Assembly: GCA_045614255.1 (NCBI GenBank)
Contig: JAZLCN010000054.1
Coordinates: forward strand, 34,531 to 98,530
DNA from: Prevotella sp.
GTDB taxonomy: Bacteria; Bacteroidota; Bacteroidia; Bacteroidales; Bacteroidaceae
Reading direction: 5' to 3'
Length of the DNA stretch: 64,000 nucleotides
Of the stretch, positions 27,913 to 39,100 are shown in pieces. Within the stretch, counting starts at the first letter, position 1. The number at the start of each line of letters is the position of its first letter. The position numbers were made by a program, and so were the translations under genes. Below the pieces are notes generated by a model. The model searched no databases. It worked only from the letters and a program-made list of their open reading frames with translations, and was not told the origin of the DNA.

Positions 27913-27982
27913 CGCCAATCTCACGTTAATGAAATTGGCGAAATATGAGTTGTTTAAATTCTTGTCATTTTATGCGATACGC

Positions 27983-28567
27983 TTAGTCAAACCTTTTGCT
28001 GCCGCCCCCTTCGTATGTGTTGTGGGTATTACCAAGGTCTGGATTGCTGCCAAGGTCTGGGTCGCTGGTCCATACCCTTTTTATTATGGGTTGGTTGTAT
28101 TTTTTGCGTAAAGTGCCAACGTATAGCAGCAGGTTCTTGTATTTAATTGTCGGTATGACAATTCCGAAGATGCCTATTCCTGAGCGTCTGCCTTCAGGAT
28201 AGATGTTGTTGTAGATGCGCGTTGTGGCATAGAAAGTGTGCTTGTGCACCTCTATCTTGTTGTATTTGAAGAAGTCTGCCATAACTTCTTTCGCCTCTGT
28301 TGAGTCAACGTAAGTGAAGAAAGCAGAGAAATTGTTTACAACACAATCAATCTCATCTTCCTTTGACTCAATGTTTGCCGATATGCTTTGCCTTACATTG
28401 TCAACTGTTTCGGCATACATGGTTTTCTCATCTGGTACACTGAAATAAGCGGCTGTAAGAAGCAGCGCGATAACGGCACACAGAATAATTGCCTTTCCGA
28501 GGCAGCTGCGGTAAAACTGCTGCAGGAAAGACTCTTGCTCATAATTTCCTTTTCCAATTTTTTGCAT
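27983..28567 (-). CDS. Conserved hypothetical membrane-anchored protein
   Basis: 194-aa ORF with one N-terminal TM segment, in an operon behind folE. Confidence 0.65.
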   Translation of the reverse strand: MQKIGKGNYEQESFLQQFYRSCLGKAIILCAVIALLLTAAYFSVPDEKTMYAETVDNVRQSISANIESKEDEIDCVVNNFSAFFTYVDSTEAKEVMADFFKYNKIEVHKHTFYATTRIYNNIYPEGRRSGIGIFGIVIPTIKYKNLLLYVGTLRKKYNQPIIKRVWTSDPDLGSNPDLGNTHNTYEGGGSKRFD

Positions 28568-28606
28568 GGTTCTCTCCTTTTTAAGTTTGGTTGATAATTA
28601 GTTTTT

Positions 28607-29209
28607 TTATTTATTGTGTATCAGGTTCATAAATTCCTGACGTGTTTTTGCTTGGTTGAAGGCTCCGCTGAAATCGCTTGTCGTGGTTATAGAGTTCTGT
28701 TTCTCAACACCTCTCATCTGCATGCACATGTGTCGTGCCTCTACCACCACCATAACTCCGAGCGGATGAAGTGTCTGCTCAATACATTCCTTTATCTGTA
28801 AAGTCATCCTTTCCTGCACTTGCAGACGATGTGAGTAAATGTCCACCACACGTGCTATCTTGCTAAGGCCTGTGATGCAGCCGTTGGGTATGTATGCCAC
28901 ATGCACTTTGCCGTAGAATGGCAGCATGTGATGCTCGCAGAGCGAGAAGAAGTCGATGTCTTTTACTATCACCATCTGACTGTAGTCTTCCTTAAACAGC
29001 GCGTCGGTAAGTACCTTATGGGCATCCATGGTGTAGCCTCTGGTAAGCACTTGCATTGCTTTCGCAACACGCATCGGTGTTTTCTGCAGTCCTTCGCGTT
29101 CGGTATCCTCTCCAAGCAGTCCTAATATACTGTGATAGTGGGCTGCCAGTTCGTCAAGCCCTTCGCGAAACTGATTGTCGCCTATCGTTTCTCCTGTCTC
29201 TATTGCCAT
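28607..29209 (-). CDS. folE: GTP cyclohydrolase I
   Basis: [41 protein letters not shown]. Confidence 0.97.
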   Translation of the reverse strand: MAIETGETIGDNQFREGLDELAAHYHSILGLLGEDTEREGLQKTPMRVAKAMQVLTRGYTMDAHKVLTDALFKEDYSQMVIVKDIDFFSLCEHHMLPFYGKVHVAYIPNGCITGLSKIARVVDIYSHRLQVQERMTLQIKECIEQTLHPLGVMVVVEARHMCMQMRGVEKQNSITTTSDFSGAFNQAKTRQEFMNLIHNK

Positions 29210-29246
29210 TAGTTTCCCTTATGAATGTGCAGTTGTTTCTGCTACT

Positions 29247-29834
29247 TTAAAATTGTACGGTAATCTTGCCTTTTACTATTGTGGCCTGATTATATCCGAG
29301 CTGTTTAACGGCTATAAGCATTTGATGGGCCTCCTCGTATGAGCGGTAGTTACCCACCCTGCATATCCAGCGTGGTGAGAAGAAATTTACATAAACCTGC
29401 TCATCTGGGAAGTTTATTTTTATTGCGTTGCCTGTGCGCTGAGCTGTCTGGCGCGCGTTCTTGTTGTTGCCGCCAGCATATACCTGTACCCTGTAGCCTA
29501 TAGTCTTGTAGGTTTTAGGGCGAGTTATCTGTCCGTACTCAGTATCTGCGCTTTCTGTTTTACTGTTAGCACCAGTGCTCTCGCTTTTTAATGGAGTCTT
29601 GACAGATGGTTTGCTGGCATTACCCGCATCAGTTGTTGCAGACTCCGCCTTTTTGGTGGCCACAAATGTAGACCATGCCTTGCCGTTTACCAATTCGTCT
29701 ATTGCCGCATCCTGATGAACGGTAACGGTGGCGTTGTCGCGCCCTTTCTTTTTCAGGTTATCCATAAACGACTGTGCCGTTGATGTTATCACGGAACACG
29801 CAAATGTAATTATTATGGCGACGAATTGTTTCAT
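29247..29834 (-). CDS. SPOR domain-containing protein
   Basis: Signal peptide; V.VHQDAAI; GYRVQVYAGG..F.SPRWICRVGNYRSYEEA. Confidence 0.85.
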   Translation of the reverse strand: MKQFVAIIITFACSVITSTAQSFMDNLKKKGRDNATVTVHQDAAIDELVNGKAWSTFVATKKAESATTDAGNASKPSVKTPLKSESTGANSKTESADTEYGQITRPKTYKTIGYRVQVYAGGNNKNARQTAQRTGNAIKINFPDEQVYVNFFSPRWICRVGNYRSYEEAHQMLIAVKQLGYNQATIVKGKITVQF

Positions 29835-29877
29835 TTCTTGTTAGATAAGTTTGTTTGTTGGATTGCTTTTAACAAAT

Positions 29878-29914
29878 AGGGAAGTGTGTGGAGATGCCTC
29901 CACACCTATTCCCT
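29878..29914. terminator. Intrinsic terminator after tpiA
   Basis: GTGTGGAG-ATGC-CTCCACAC stem within AGGGAA..TTCCCT. Confidence 0.7.
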
Positions 29915-29923
29915 TTATGCTAT

Positions 29924-32026
29924 TTATTTCTTCCAAGCGTCAATAATACCCTTGAAATCAGCTGCCTTCAGTGATGCGCCACCGATAAGACCGCCGTCAA
30001 TGTTAGGCTTGCTGAACAGCTCTGGAGCATTGCTTGCCTTGCAGCTTCCGCCATAGAGGATAGAAATCTCGTCGGCAACATCCTGGCCATACTTCTCAGC
30101 GATAATCTGGCGGATGTAAGCGTGAATCTCCTCAGCCTGCTCTGCTGTAGCTGTCAGACCAGTGCCGATAGCCCAGATTGGCTCGTAAGCAATGATAATC
30201 TTCTTGAAGTCCTCTGCTGACAGGTTGAATACGCTGCCTTCGAGCTCAGCCTTAACAACCTCGTTCTGCTTGTTGGCCTCGCGCTCTTCCTTGCTCTCAC
30301 CGATACAGAAGATAACCTTAAGGTCGTTCTTCTGAGCGAGAAGCACCTTCTCCTTGAGAATCTCTGGAGTCTCGTTGTAGTATTCGCGACGCTCTGAGTG
30401 ACCTAAGATAACATACTGTGCACCAGTACTCTTTACCATCTCGGCAGAAACCTCGCCTGTGTAAGCGCCCTTCTCCTTGTCTGCGCAGTTCTCAGCGCCA
30501 AGGCCGATGATGTTTGCATCGAGCATAGGAGCCACTGTTGCCAGGTGGATGAATGGTGTGCAGATTACAACATCGCAGTTTGGCTTGTCTGCTGTAAGAG
30601 CCTCGTTCAGCTCCTTAGCCAGAGCAACACCTTCTTGCAGGTTCATGTTCATCTTCCAGTTACCTGCTACAATTTTCTTTCTCATTTCTTTTCTTTTTAA
30701 AAGTTTAAATATCCTGTTTGATTCTTTTTTGTTCTTAATCCACTTTGTCCATGCCCAGATTCTGTCTGCAAGGCATAGTATAAATAGCGGCAGCGCAAAC
30801 CACATGAGTATTATTAATATCTTCTGCTCTACGGGCTTTTCTGTGATAGAGCCTAAAGGCAGATTCTCAAGTCGGTCTGTGTTCTCTTCTATTACTGGCA
30901 ACTCGTTTTTGCCCCACTTGCCTATTACCGTTCCGTTCTTTAGGAGCACTAGACCAGGATTGCTGCGCACGATAGTCTTCAGCACTATCTCATCTGTATG
31001 ACAGTATGCGTATTCTGCGCCTGTCATCAAGGTCCACTGCCTTATGCCTTTCTCTCCGCTTGCTGTTAGGCAGTAGAACGGATAGCCTTTTTCGCGAGCA
31101 TAGTCGTGTGCCTGATTTATGAGGTCAAGGCTGCTGTCGTCCGCACTTTCCAGATGCGGTGCCACGAGCAGGAATGTATATCCGCTGTCTGCTATAATCT
31201 GCTCTGTTATGTCAGTCCCGTCTTCAACGGTAACCACCGAGAAATCGCTTATCTCAGGTTGGTAACCTTCTGTTAACTGTACTGTTCGGCTGTCAACAAA
31301 CGTCCATGTAGAGTCTGGGTAGTCGTTAATTGTAAACTCCTTTTGCACCCCGTTTTTCTCCAGTATGAAAGTTGTCTCAAATTGCGGCTGCTCAGCATCC
31401 TCGGGTATTTCCATTGCCTTTCTTATATCTGCTCCCACATGGTAGGGGCGGAAGTCAAAAGGCGGCAGGTAATATATAGAGTATCCCGAGATAGTAAGTA
31501 TGAATATCCATGAGAAATTCATTACTATCCACTGATTGGCCAGACTGATAAATCGCACCATCTTCAGTGGGCGTATGGCGCTAATTACAGCGGCCAACAG
31601 CAACACCACGTTTTTCCAGAATGTCTGCCAGTTGGTAAGCTTCACAGCATCACCAAAACAGCCGCAGTCGCTAATGGGATTGCTAAGAGCAAGCCACAGA
31701 GTGAGCGGCGTCATGACCAGCATGAGCAATACTACAAGTCGAGTGGCAACTCTGCGGTGGATAGCAAACAGCAGACAGATGCCTAATATAAACTCTGTTG
31801 CCGCCAATGCCACTGATGCCAGCAGCGCTGCCATATCGGGAAGGTATTCTGTTACGCCTAATGCCTCTGCATAGTCGATAATCTTATATTTCGTGCCAAG
31901 CGGGTCTACAGCTTTGACGAAACCAGATAATATAAACGTCAGCGATACTGTCAAACGGCAGATGTTGACAATAACACCTGTAACCGTGTTTTTCCAATAT
32001 GATTTGGCCGACGTACTGTTTCCCAT
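29924..32026 (-). CDS. tpiA: In-frame fusion of a BT_3928-like DoxX/MauE-thioredoxin-like membrane protein with triosephosphate isomerase (TPI domain 29924-30685)
   Basis: N-terminal part: [39 protein letters not shown]-terminal part: [44 protein letters not shown]. Confidence 0.9.
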   Translation of the reverse strand: MGNSTSAKSYWKNTVTGVIVNICRLTVSLTFILSGFVKAVDPLGTKYKIIDYAEALGVTEYLPDMAALLASVALAATEFILGICLLFAIHRRVATRLVVLLMLVMTPLTLWLALSNPISDCGCFGDAVKLTNWQTFWKNVVLLLAAVISAIRPLKMVRFISLANQWIVMNFSWIFILTISGYSIYYLPPFDFRPYHVGADIRKAMEIPEDAEQPQFETTFILEKNGVQKEFTINDYPDSTWTFVDSRTVQLTEGYQPEISDFSVVTVEDGTDITEQIIADSGYTFLLVAPHLESADDSSLDLINQAHDYAREKGYPFYCLTASGEKGIRQWTLMTGAEYAYCHTDEIVLKTIVRSNPGLVLLKNGTVIGKWGKNELPVIEENTDRLENLPLGSITEKPVEQKILIILMWFALPLFILCLADRIWAWTKWIKNKKESNRIFKLLKRKEMRKKIVAGNWKMNMNLQEGVALAKELNEALTADKPNCDVVICTPFIHLATVAPMLDANIIGLGAENCADKEKGAYTGEVSAEMVKSTGAQYVILGHSERREYYNETPEILKEKVLLAQKNDLKVIFCIGESKEEREANKQNEVVKAELEGSVFNLSAEDFKKIIIAYEPIWAIGTGLTATAEQAEEIHAYIRQIIAEKYGQDVADEISILYGGSCKASNAPELFSKPNIDGGLIGGASLKAADFKGIIDAWKK

Positions 32027-32031
32027 TAACC

Positions 32032-32580
32032 TTATTCGCTCAGTTTAATAACTCCAAATACGGCATAATTGATAATGTCCATATAATTAGAGTCGATGCC
32101 CTCACTAACAAGTGTGCCGCCCTCAAGGTCTTCTATCTCCTTTATGCGTTCAATCTTGGTTAGTATGAAATCGGTATAACTGCTTACGCGCATAGAACGC
32201 CACGCCTCATCATAGTCGTGGTTTTTGCGCTTCATCAGTTCAAGGGCTTCTGTTGCATATTTGTCATAGAGTGCCAAGGCCTCTTCTGCATCAATGTCAA
32301 CGGTGTCGGCAAAACCGTGGTTTATCTGTATCAGTCCCACGATGCCATAATTAATCAGCGCCACAAACTCAGGACGTATGCCTTCGCCTACCTTTGACTC
32401 TTTCTTTATCTCAAGTGAGCGTATGCGCTTGGCTTTGATAAAAAGCTGGTCGGTAAGTGAAGATGGGCGTAATATGCGCCATGAGGCTCCATAGTCGTGA
32501 AGCTTCTTGCCAAACAGCGAGCGGCATTCTTTCAGTGCTTCCTCAAACTGCTTATTGGTTTTTGCTATGTCTTTTGCCAT
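32032..32580 (-). CDS. DUF1599 domain protein (two tandem copies)
   Basis: [25 protein letters not shown] and [25 protein letters not shown]. Confidence 0.8.
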   Translation of the reverse strand: MAKDIAKTNKQFEEALKECRSLFGKKLHDYGASWRILRPSSLTDQLFIKAKRIRSLEIKKESKVGEGIRPEFVALINYGIVGLIQINHGFADTVDIDAEEALALYDKYATEALELMKRKNHDYDEAWRSMRVSSYTDFILTKIERIKEIEDLEGGTLVSEGIDSNYMDIINYAVFGVIKLSE

Positions 32581-32634
32581 TGCCGTTAGAAATATTTTGC
32601 AAAATTAACCATTAATATTGACAATCCCAAATAT

Positions 32635-33105
32635 CTAAATTTCTTTTTGTTTCTTAAGTATATACTTGATTTTCTTGCATTGCACATCGTAGCAAGTCTG
32701 AAGACTGTCACGCTTAATGCGCATTAGCGTTAGTTGCTCAAGCTCCTCTGGTGTGGCCCTCAGTTGCTCGCGGTCTTTGTCCACTTTTGTTTTCAAGTAT
32801 TGGTAATTAATGATAGTGGCTTGCAAGGCACTGTCTGTAAGGGCGAGTTCTTCTCTTGTCTGCTGGAGCGATATGCTCTGGTGTAGCTTGAGGGCTTTCT
32901 TGCGCACCTCAATGGCTGTTGGGTAGACCTTTCTGAGAGAGTCTATTTTCCAAAGGGCCTTGTTGTATTGCTTTTCTGCAAATAATCTGCTGGCACTTTC
33001 AAGCAGTTCTTCTGCCTCGCACTGAGCGTCAGGCTTGCAAGACAATGTTGCTGCAGCAACCAGTATGGCCAGAACAATAAATGCAAATCTTTTTCCCATA
33101 AACAT
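32635..33105 (-). CDS. Hypothetical lipoprotein, helical/coiled-coil
   Basis: Lipobox ATLSC; KIDSLRKVYP; heptad-rich tail. Confidence 0.65.
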   Translation of the reverse strand: MFMGKRFAFIVLAILVAAATLSCKPDAQCEAEELLESASRLFAEKQYNKALWKIDSLRKVYPTAIEVRKKALKLHQSISLQQTREELALTDSALQATIINYQYLKTKVDKDREQLRATPEELEQLTLMRIKRDSLQTCYDVQCKKIKYILKKQKEI

Positions 33106-33279
33106 TATAGTGTGAGTGTCTTATGTTTTTATTTGCAAAGGTAATAAAAAATCTTATTATTTTATTGATTAGTTTTGAAACATTAACTCATTTGCCTTAA
33201 AATATAATCTATATCATGTATTTTATTAATACAAACCACTTTTCTTTGTGCTCGAACGGCAAATAAGGAAAAAAATAAG

Positions 33280-33287
33280 TAACTTTG
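33280..33287 (+). promoter_or_regulatory. -7 element TAACTTTG for cca
   Basis: Consensus match; implies the start is ATG 33315 rather than 33285. Confidence 0.6.
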
Positions 33288-33314
33288 CAGTCTGTTTTAG
33301 AGTATTGCAGGATA

Positions 33315-34739
33315 ATGAAGATACTGACAGACAAAGAACTGGCACATGTTCTTGATAAGGATATTTTTCACAAGATTTCGGCCGCGGCAGATAAGCTGGG
33401 GCTGGAATGCTATGTTGTTGGCGGTTACGTGCGCGATATATTTCTTGAGCGCCCAACCAATGATATTGACGTGGTTGTGGTAGGAAGTGGTATACAGGTG
33501 GCAAGCGAACTGAAACAGATGCTTGGTCGTAAGGCGCATTTGTCGGTGTTCCGTAATTTCGGAACCGCTCAGGTTAAGTGGCGTGACACAGAAGTTGAGT
33601 TTGTTGGAGCGCGTCGTGAGAGTTACAATCGCAACTCACGCAAGCCCATTGTGGAGGATGGAACATTGGAGGATGACCAGAACCGCCGCGATTTCACAAT
33701 CAACGCTATGGCTGTTTGTCTTAATGCTAATCGCTTTGGTGAACTTGTAGACCCGTTCTATGGCATAGAAGACCTTGAGGACGGCATAATCCGCACTCCG
33801 CTTGATCCCGATATTACATTCTCTGACGATCCCTTGCGCATGATGCGCTGTATACGTTTTGCTACGCAGCTAAACTTCATGATTGATGACGAAACATTTG
33901 AGGCGCTTGAACGGAATGCCGACCGCATAAAAATTGTCAGCGGCGAACGCATAAAGGATGAACTGAACAAGATTATGATGACCAGCACGCCGAGTCGTGG
34001 CTTTGTGGACCTGCAGCGCTGCGGTTTGCTTAATCTGATTATGCCAGAGCTAGCGGCACTTGACATCATCGAAACGAAAAACAACAGGGCGCATAAGAAT
34101 AATTTCTATCACACTCTTGAGGTGCTTGATAATGTGTGTAAGCGCAGTGATAACCTATGGTTGCGCTGGGCCGCGCTGCTTCATGATATAGGCAAGACAA
34201 AAAGCAAGCGCTGGGATAATGTCATTGGATGGACGTTCCATAACCATAATTTCCTTGGTGCCAAAATGGTGCAGCCTATGTTCCGCCGTTTGGCATTGCC
34301 ATTGGACGCAAAGATGAAGTATGTTGAGAAACTCGTAGATTTGCACATGCGGCCGATTGTTATCGCCGATGAGATTGTTACAGACAGTGCAGTGCGCCGT
34401 TTGCTTAATGATGCCGGTGATGATATTGATGACTTGATGATACTGTGCGAGGCGGACATTACCAGCAAGAATGAAGGCAGGAAAAAGCATTTTCTTGAGA
34501 ACTTCCGTATGGTTCGTGAGAAAATTGCTGACCTCAAGGAAAAAGACTACAAGCGTCTGCTGCAACCTTGCATAGACGGAAACGAGATTATGGAAATGTT
34601 TAATCTTAAACCATGCCGTGAGGTAGGAGAGCTGAAGAAGTTTCTTAAAGATGCTGTGCTAGATGGCAAAGTGGTTAACGAGCGTGAGCCGCTTATGGCA
34701 TTATTAATGGAAAAAGCCACTAAAATGGGTATTAGATAA
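33315..34739 (+). CDS. cca: CCA tRNA nucleotidyltransferase with HD domain
   Basis: VVGGYVRD, DIDVV, RRDFTINA, DDPLRMMR, SGERI, LLHDIGK. Confidence 0.9.
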   Translation: MKILTDKELAHVLDKDIFHKISAAADKLGLECYVVGGYVRDIFLERPTNDIDVVVVGSGIQVASELKQMLGRKAHLSVFRNFGTAQVKWRDTEVEFVGARRESYNRNSRKPIVEDGTLEDDQNRRDFTINAMAVCLNANRFGELVDPFYGIEDLEDGIIRTPLDPDITFSDDPLRMMRCIRFATQLNFMIDDETFEALERNADRIKIVSGERIKDELNKIMMTSTPSRGFVDLQRCGLLNLIMPELAALDIIETKNNRAHKNNFYHTLEVLDNVCKRSDNLWLRWAALLHDIGKTKSKRWDNVIGWTFHNHNFLGAKMVQPMFRRLALPLDAKMKYVEKLVDLHMRPIVIADEIVTDSAVRRLLNDAGDDIDDLMILCEADITSKNEGRKKHFLENFRMVREKIADLKEKDYKRLLQPCIDGNEIMEMFNLKPCREVGELKKFLKDAVLDGKVVNEREPLMALLMEKATKMGIR

Positions 34740-34812
34740 CAGTTTTTATGTTTTAGGATAACAATAATTGTTAAAAATAATTATACAAAAAAACACCCAT
34801 AGATATTTTATG

Positions 34813-34820
34813 TAACTTTG
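34813..34820 (+). promoter_or_regulatory. -7 element TAACTTTG for the RND operon
   Basis: Consensus match about 85 nt upstream of ATG 34903. Confidence 0.6.
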
Positions 34821-34902
34821 CAATCCGAAAACTTAATGAGAGTATTTGAGTTTTCAAGGTGTTATGAATAAAAATAATTTAAAATAGTATTATAATTAAG
34901 GT

Positions 34903-36096
34903 ATGAAAAAGAACAAGATGTTTTTGGTTGCAGCAATAGCTGCGATGTTAGTGTCTTGCAGTGGCGGCGGAATGAAACTCGGTGATAATGAGTTTGCCGT
35001 TAGAACTGTTAAGACTGAAGGAACAGAGTTGCAGAGAACATATCCTGCAACAATTAAAGGTGTACAGGACGTACAGATTCGTCCGAAGATTTCAGGATTC
35101 ATTACTAAGGTTTGTGTTAACGAGGGACAGACTGTTCGCAAGGGGCAGACACTGTTTGTTATCGACAACGTAACATACGAGGCTGCAGCCACACAGGCTA
35201 AGGCTGCTGTGACATCAGCAGAGGCTTCTCTTAAGACTGCAAAGCTGGCATACGAGAACAGCAAATCTCTCTATGAGGGTGGTGTCATCGGTGATTTCGA
35301 GTGGCAGTCAGCTCAGAATACTTATGAGACAGCAAAAGCTGGTCTTGCTCAGGCTCAGGCAGCATACGCCTCAGCAAAGCAGAATCTTGATTTCTGCTAT
35401 GTTTCAAGTCCTGCCGATGGTGTTGTAGGCACACTGCCTTTCAAGGTAGGTGCACTGGTAAGTGGTTCAAGTGTAGAGCCTCTGACTACTGTTTCTGACA
35501 TCAGCTCAATGGAGGTTTACTTCTCTATGACCGAGAAAGATGCTTTGATGATGGGTAAGGACGAGGGTGGCATCAATGCCGCTGTTGCTGCACTTCCAAC
35601 AGTTAAGCTTCGCTTGGCAGATGGTACTGTTTATGAGCAGCCAGGAAAGGTTAGCAGAGCAAGTGGTGTTATTGACGCTGCTACAGGAACAATTACTCTT
35701 GTTGCTCAGTTCCCTAACCCAGATAAGGTTCTCCGTAGCGGTGGCGCTGGTCAGATTATCATTCCAACCACAGAGAATAATGCTATCCTTATTCCACAGG
35801 AGGCAACATCTGAGGTGCAGAATAAGAAGTTTGTCTATGTTTTAGATAAGGAAAACAAAGTTAGATACACTGAGATTACCGTTAATTCTCAGAACAATGG
35901 AAACAGCTATATCGTTACTTCTGGTTTGAAGGAGGGCGATAAGTATGTATCAAAGGGTATCACCAAGCTTTCTGATGGTATGGAGATTGTTCCTATCACA
36001 GAAGAGCAGTATCAGAAAAAGATTGATGATGCTATTAAGCTCGGTGAGAATCAGGCAAGCGCAACTGCTTTCATTGATATGATGAGCGGAAAATAG
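34903..36096 (+). CDS. RND efflux periplasmic adaptor (MFP) lipoprotein
   Basis: Lipobox LVSC; IRPKISGFI, V.SPADGVVG, DAATGT, FPNPD..LRSG. Confidence 0.92.
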   Translation: MKKNKMFLVAAIAAMLVSCSGGGMKLGDNEFAVRTVKTEGTELQRTYPATIKGVQDVQIRPKISGFITKVCVNEGQTVRKGQTLFVIDNVTYEAAATQAKAAVTSAEASLKTAKLAYENSKSLYEGGVIGDFEWQSAQNTYETAKAGLAQAQAAYASAKQNLDFCYVSSPADGVVGTLPFKVGALVSGSSVEPLTTVSDISSMEVYFSMTEKDALMMGKDEGGINAAVAALPTVKLRLADGTVYEQPGKVSRASGVIDAATGTITLVAQFPNPDKVLRSGGAGQIIIPTTENNAILIPQEATSEVQNKKFVYVLDKENKVRYTEITVNSQNNGNSYIVTSGLKEGDKYVSKGITKLSDGMEIVPITEEQYQKKIDDAIKLGENQASATAFIDMMSGK

Positions 36097-36106
36097 TAAT
36101 ATTTAG

Positions 36107-36180
36107 ATTATGAATTATGAATTATTAATTATGAGATGATATATATTAATCATAATTCTTAATTTCAATTCAAAATTATA
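36107..36180. repeat. Heptamer array TGAATTA followed by a reverse-complement arm (intergenic hairpin)
   Basis: attatgaattatgaattattaattatga ... tcataattcttaatttcaattc. Confidence 0.7.
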
Positions 36181-36194
36181 TAATAAAAGTAACT

Positions 36195-39100
36195 ATGACA
36201 TTTACAAACTTTATAAAGCGCCCGGTACTCTCGACGGTGATATCGATATTCTTCGTATTGCTCGGTCTTATTGGTCTTATTTCGCTGCCAATTGAGCAAT
36301 ATCCGAACATCGCACCGCCAACCATCAGCGTTTGGACATCATATCAAGGAGCTGACGCGCAGACTGTGCTCAACTCTGTTATCACTCCGTTGGAAGAGAG
36401 TATCAACGGTGTGGAGAACATGACATATTTGACATCATCGGCCACCAACGACGGTTCGGCTTCTATCACTGTTTATTTTGAACAGGGCTCTGACGCCGAC
36501 ATGGCTGCCGTTAACGTGCAGAACCGTGTGTCTCAGGCTCAGGCTCTTCTTCCTGCCGAAGTAACACGAGTAGGTGTGACCGTTTCAAAGCGCCAGACCT
36601 CACAGGTTATCATGTACACACTGACAACCGACGATGGCCGCTATGATGACGAGTTCCTGACAAACTATAACAACATTAACATCGTTCCTGCTTTGAAGCG
36701 TGTTAGTGGTGTAGGTGACGTGCAGTCACCAGGTTTGAAGACCTACTCTATGCGTATATGGTTGCAGCCAGAGAAGATGAAGCAGTACAACCTCATCCCT
36801 TCTGACGTGTCTGCAGCATTGGCCGAGCAGAATATTGAGGCTGCTCCAGGTAAGTTTGGAGAGCAGAGCGATGTGGCATACGAGTATGTTATGCGCTATA
36901 AGGGCCGTCTGAAAACAGCAGAGGAATATGGCGACATTATTATCCGTAGTGATGCCAATGGCCAGATACTTCGTTTGAAGGACGTAGCAAATGTAGAGCT
37001 CGGTGGTTTGCAGTACAACGTGTCAATGCGTAACAACAACAACCCTTCTGTGATGGGTATGGTTCAGCAGATTGCGGGTTCTAATGCTAACCAGATTGCT
37101 ACCGATGTTAAGAGCGTGCTTGAGGAGCAGGCAAAGAATTTCCCTCCAGGAGTGAAATATAAAATCAATTATGATGTAACCGAGTTCCTTTATGCGTCTA
37201 TCGAAGAGGTGGTGTTCACCCTCGTGCTCACATTGCTGCTCGTGTTCCTTGTGGTTTATGTGTTCCTTCAGGACTTCCGTTCAACACTCATCCCAATGAT
37301 TGCCGTTCCAGTGGCGTTGATTGGTACATTCCTTTTCCTCTGGATATTCGGATTCTCAATCAACCTGCTTGTGCTTTCTGCCTTGCTTTTGGCTATTGCC
37401 ATTGTGGTCGACGACGCTATTGTGGTTGTTGAGGCTGTGCATGCTAAGCTTGACCAAGGTTATAAGAGTGCTCTTGTGGCAAGTATCGACGCCATGAACG
37501 AGATTTCAGGTGCTATCATCTCTATTACCCTTGTGATGTCGGCTGTGTTCGTTCCTGTATCATTCATGGGAGGTATCTCAGGTACATTCTACCGTGAGTT
37601 CGGTATCACCATGGCTGTGTCAATCTTGATTTCTGCTGTTAACGCTTTGACTCTTTCTCCAGCTCTGTGTGCTATCTTCTTGAAGCCACACGAGGAGCAT
37701 GGCGACAAGAAGATGTCACGTGTAGACCGTTTCCATGCAGCATTCAATGTTCAGTATGAGAAACTTCTTGGCAAATACAAGAAAGGTGTAGAAAATGTAA
37801 TCAAGCGCCGTGTATTGGCTGCTTCTGCCATTGTAATAGGAATTGTGGTGCTTGTTGTCACAATGAATACCACAAAGACAGGTCTTATTCCTGATGAAGA
37901 TACAGGTACACTGTTCTGTACTATCTCTATGGCACCAGGTACCAGCCAGGCACGTACTCAGGAGGTTATTGACTATGTGGACAAGATGCTTGCAGCCAAC
38001 CCTGCTATCGAGAACCGTGAGCAGTTGGTAGGTTATAACTTCATTGCAGGTGCTGGTTCAGACCAGGCTACCTTCATCATCAAGTTGAAGTCGTTCCATG
38101 ACCGTCCAGCAGGATTCTTCTATATGCTCTCTGGATTGTGGGAGGGTGATGGCATCAGCAGATTCTTTGTTAATCCTCTGGCTAACACCTCTGTTCTTGG
38201 AACAATCTATAAGCAGACAGCAAGCATCAAGGATGCTCAGATTCTTGCATTTGCTCCGCCTATGGTATCAGGATTTAGTGCAACCAACGGTATCACTTTT
38301 GCTATGCAGGATAAGACTGGTGGTGATTTGAACAGATTCTTTGAGATTACAAAGAACTATCTGGCAGAGCTTAATAAGCGTCCTGAGATAGCAACTGCTA
38401 TGACATCATACAATCCTAACTATCCTCAGTACATGGTAGATGTTGATGTTGCTAAGTGTAAGCAGAACGGCATAGGTCCAAACACTATCCTTAGCACTCT
38501 GCAGGGTTACTATGGTGGTATGTATGCGTCTAACTTCAATGCTTATGGTAAGCTTTATCGTGTAATGATTCAAGGTTCGGTAGACAGTCGTATGTCACCT
38601 GATGGTCTCTCTAATATTTATGTGCGCACACCTAATGGTATGGCTCCAGTAAGTGAGTACTGTACATTGCGCCGTGTGTATGGACCTTCTAACATCAACC
38701 GCTTCAACCTCTTTACCTGTATCAACGTTAATGCTTCGCCTGCCGACGGCTATTCATCAGGTCAGGCTATTCAGGCTGTTGAGGAAGTGGCTGCACAGGT
38801 GTTGCCAGAGGGTTATGGCTTGGACTATTCAGGTCTTACACGTTCTGAGCAAGAGTCAAGCGACTCTACCGCTATCATCTTCGTGCTCTGTATCGTATTT
38901 GTATACCTCATTCTTTCAGCTCAGTATGAGAGTTACATCCTTCCATTGGCTGTAATCCTCTCTATACCGTTCGGACTCGCAGGAGCGTTCCTGTTCACTC
39001 AGATATTCGGTCATAGTAACGATATCTACATGCAGATTGCGCTCATCATGCTTATCGGTCTGTTGGCAAAGAACGCCATCCTTATTGTGCAGTTCGCTCT

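Noticed and set aside
27666-27948. Small ORFs 27666-27875 and 27751-27948
   Set aside because: They overlie the non-coding inverted-repeat element and have no recognisable motifs or initiation context.
30477-31874. Plus-strand ORFs opposite the TpiA fusion
   Set aside because: Antisense shadows with no family motifs.
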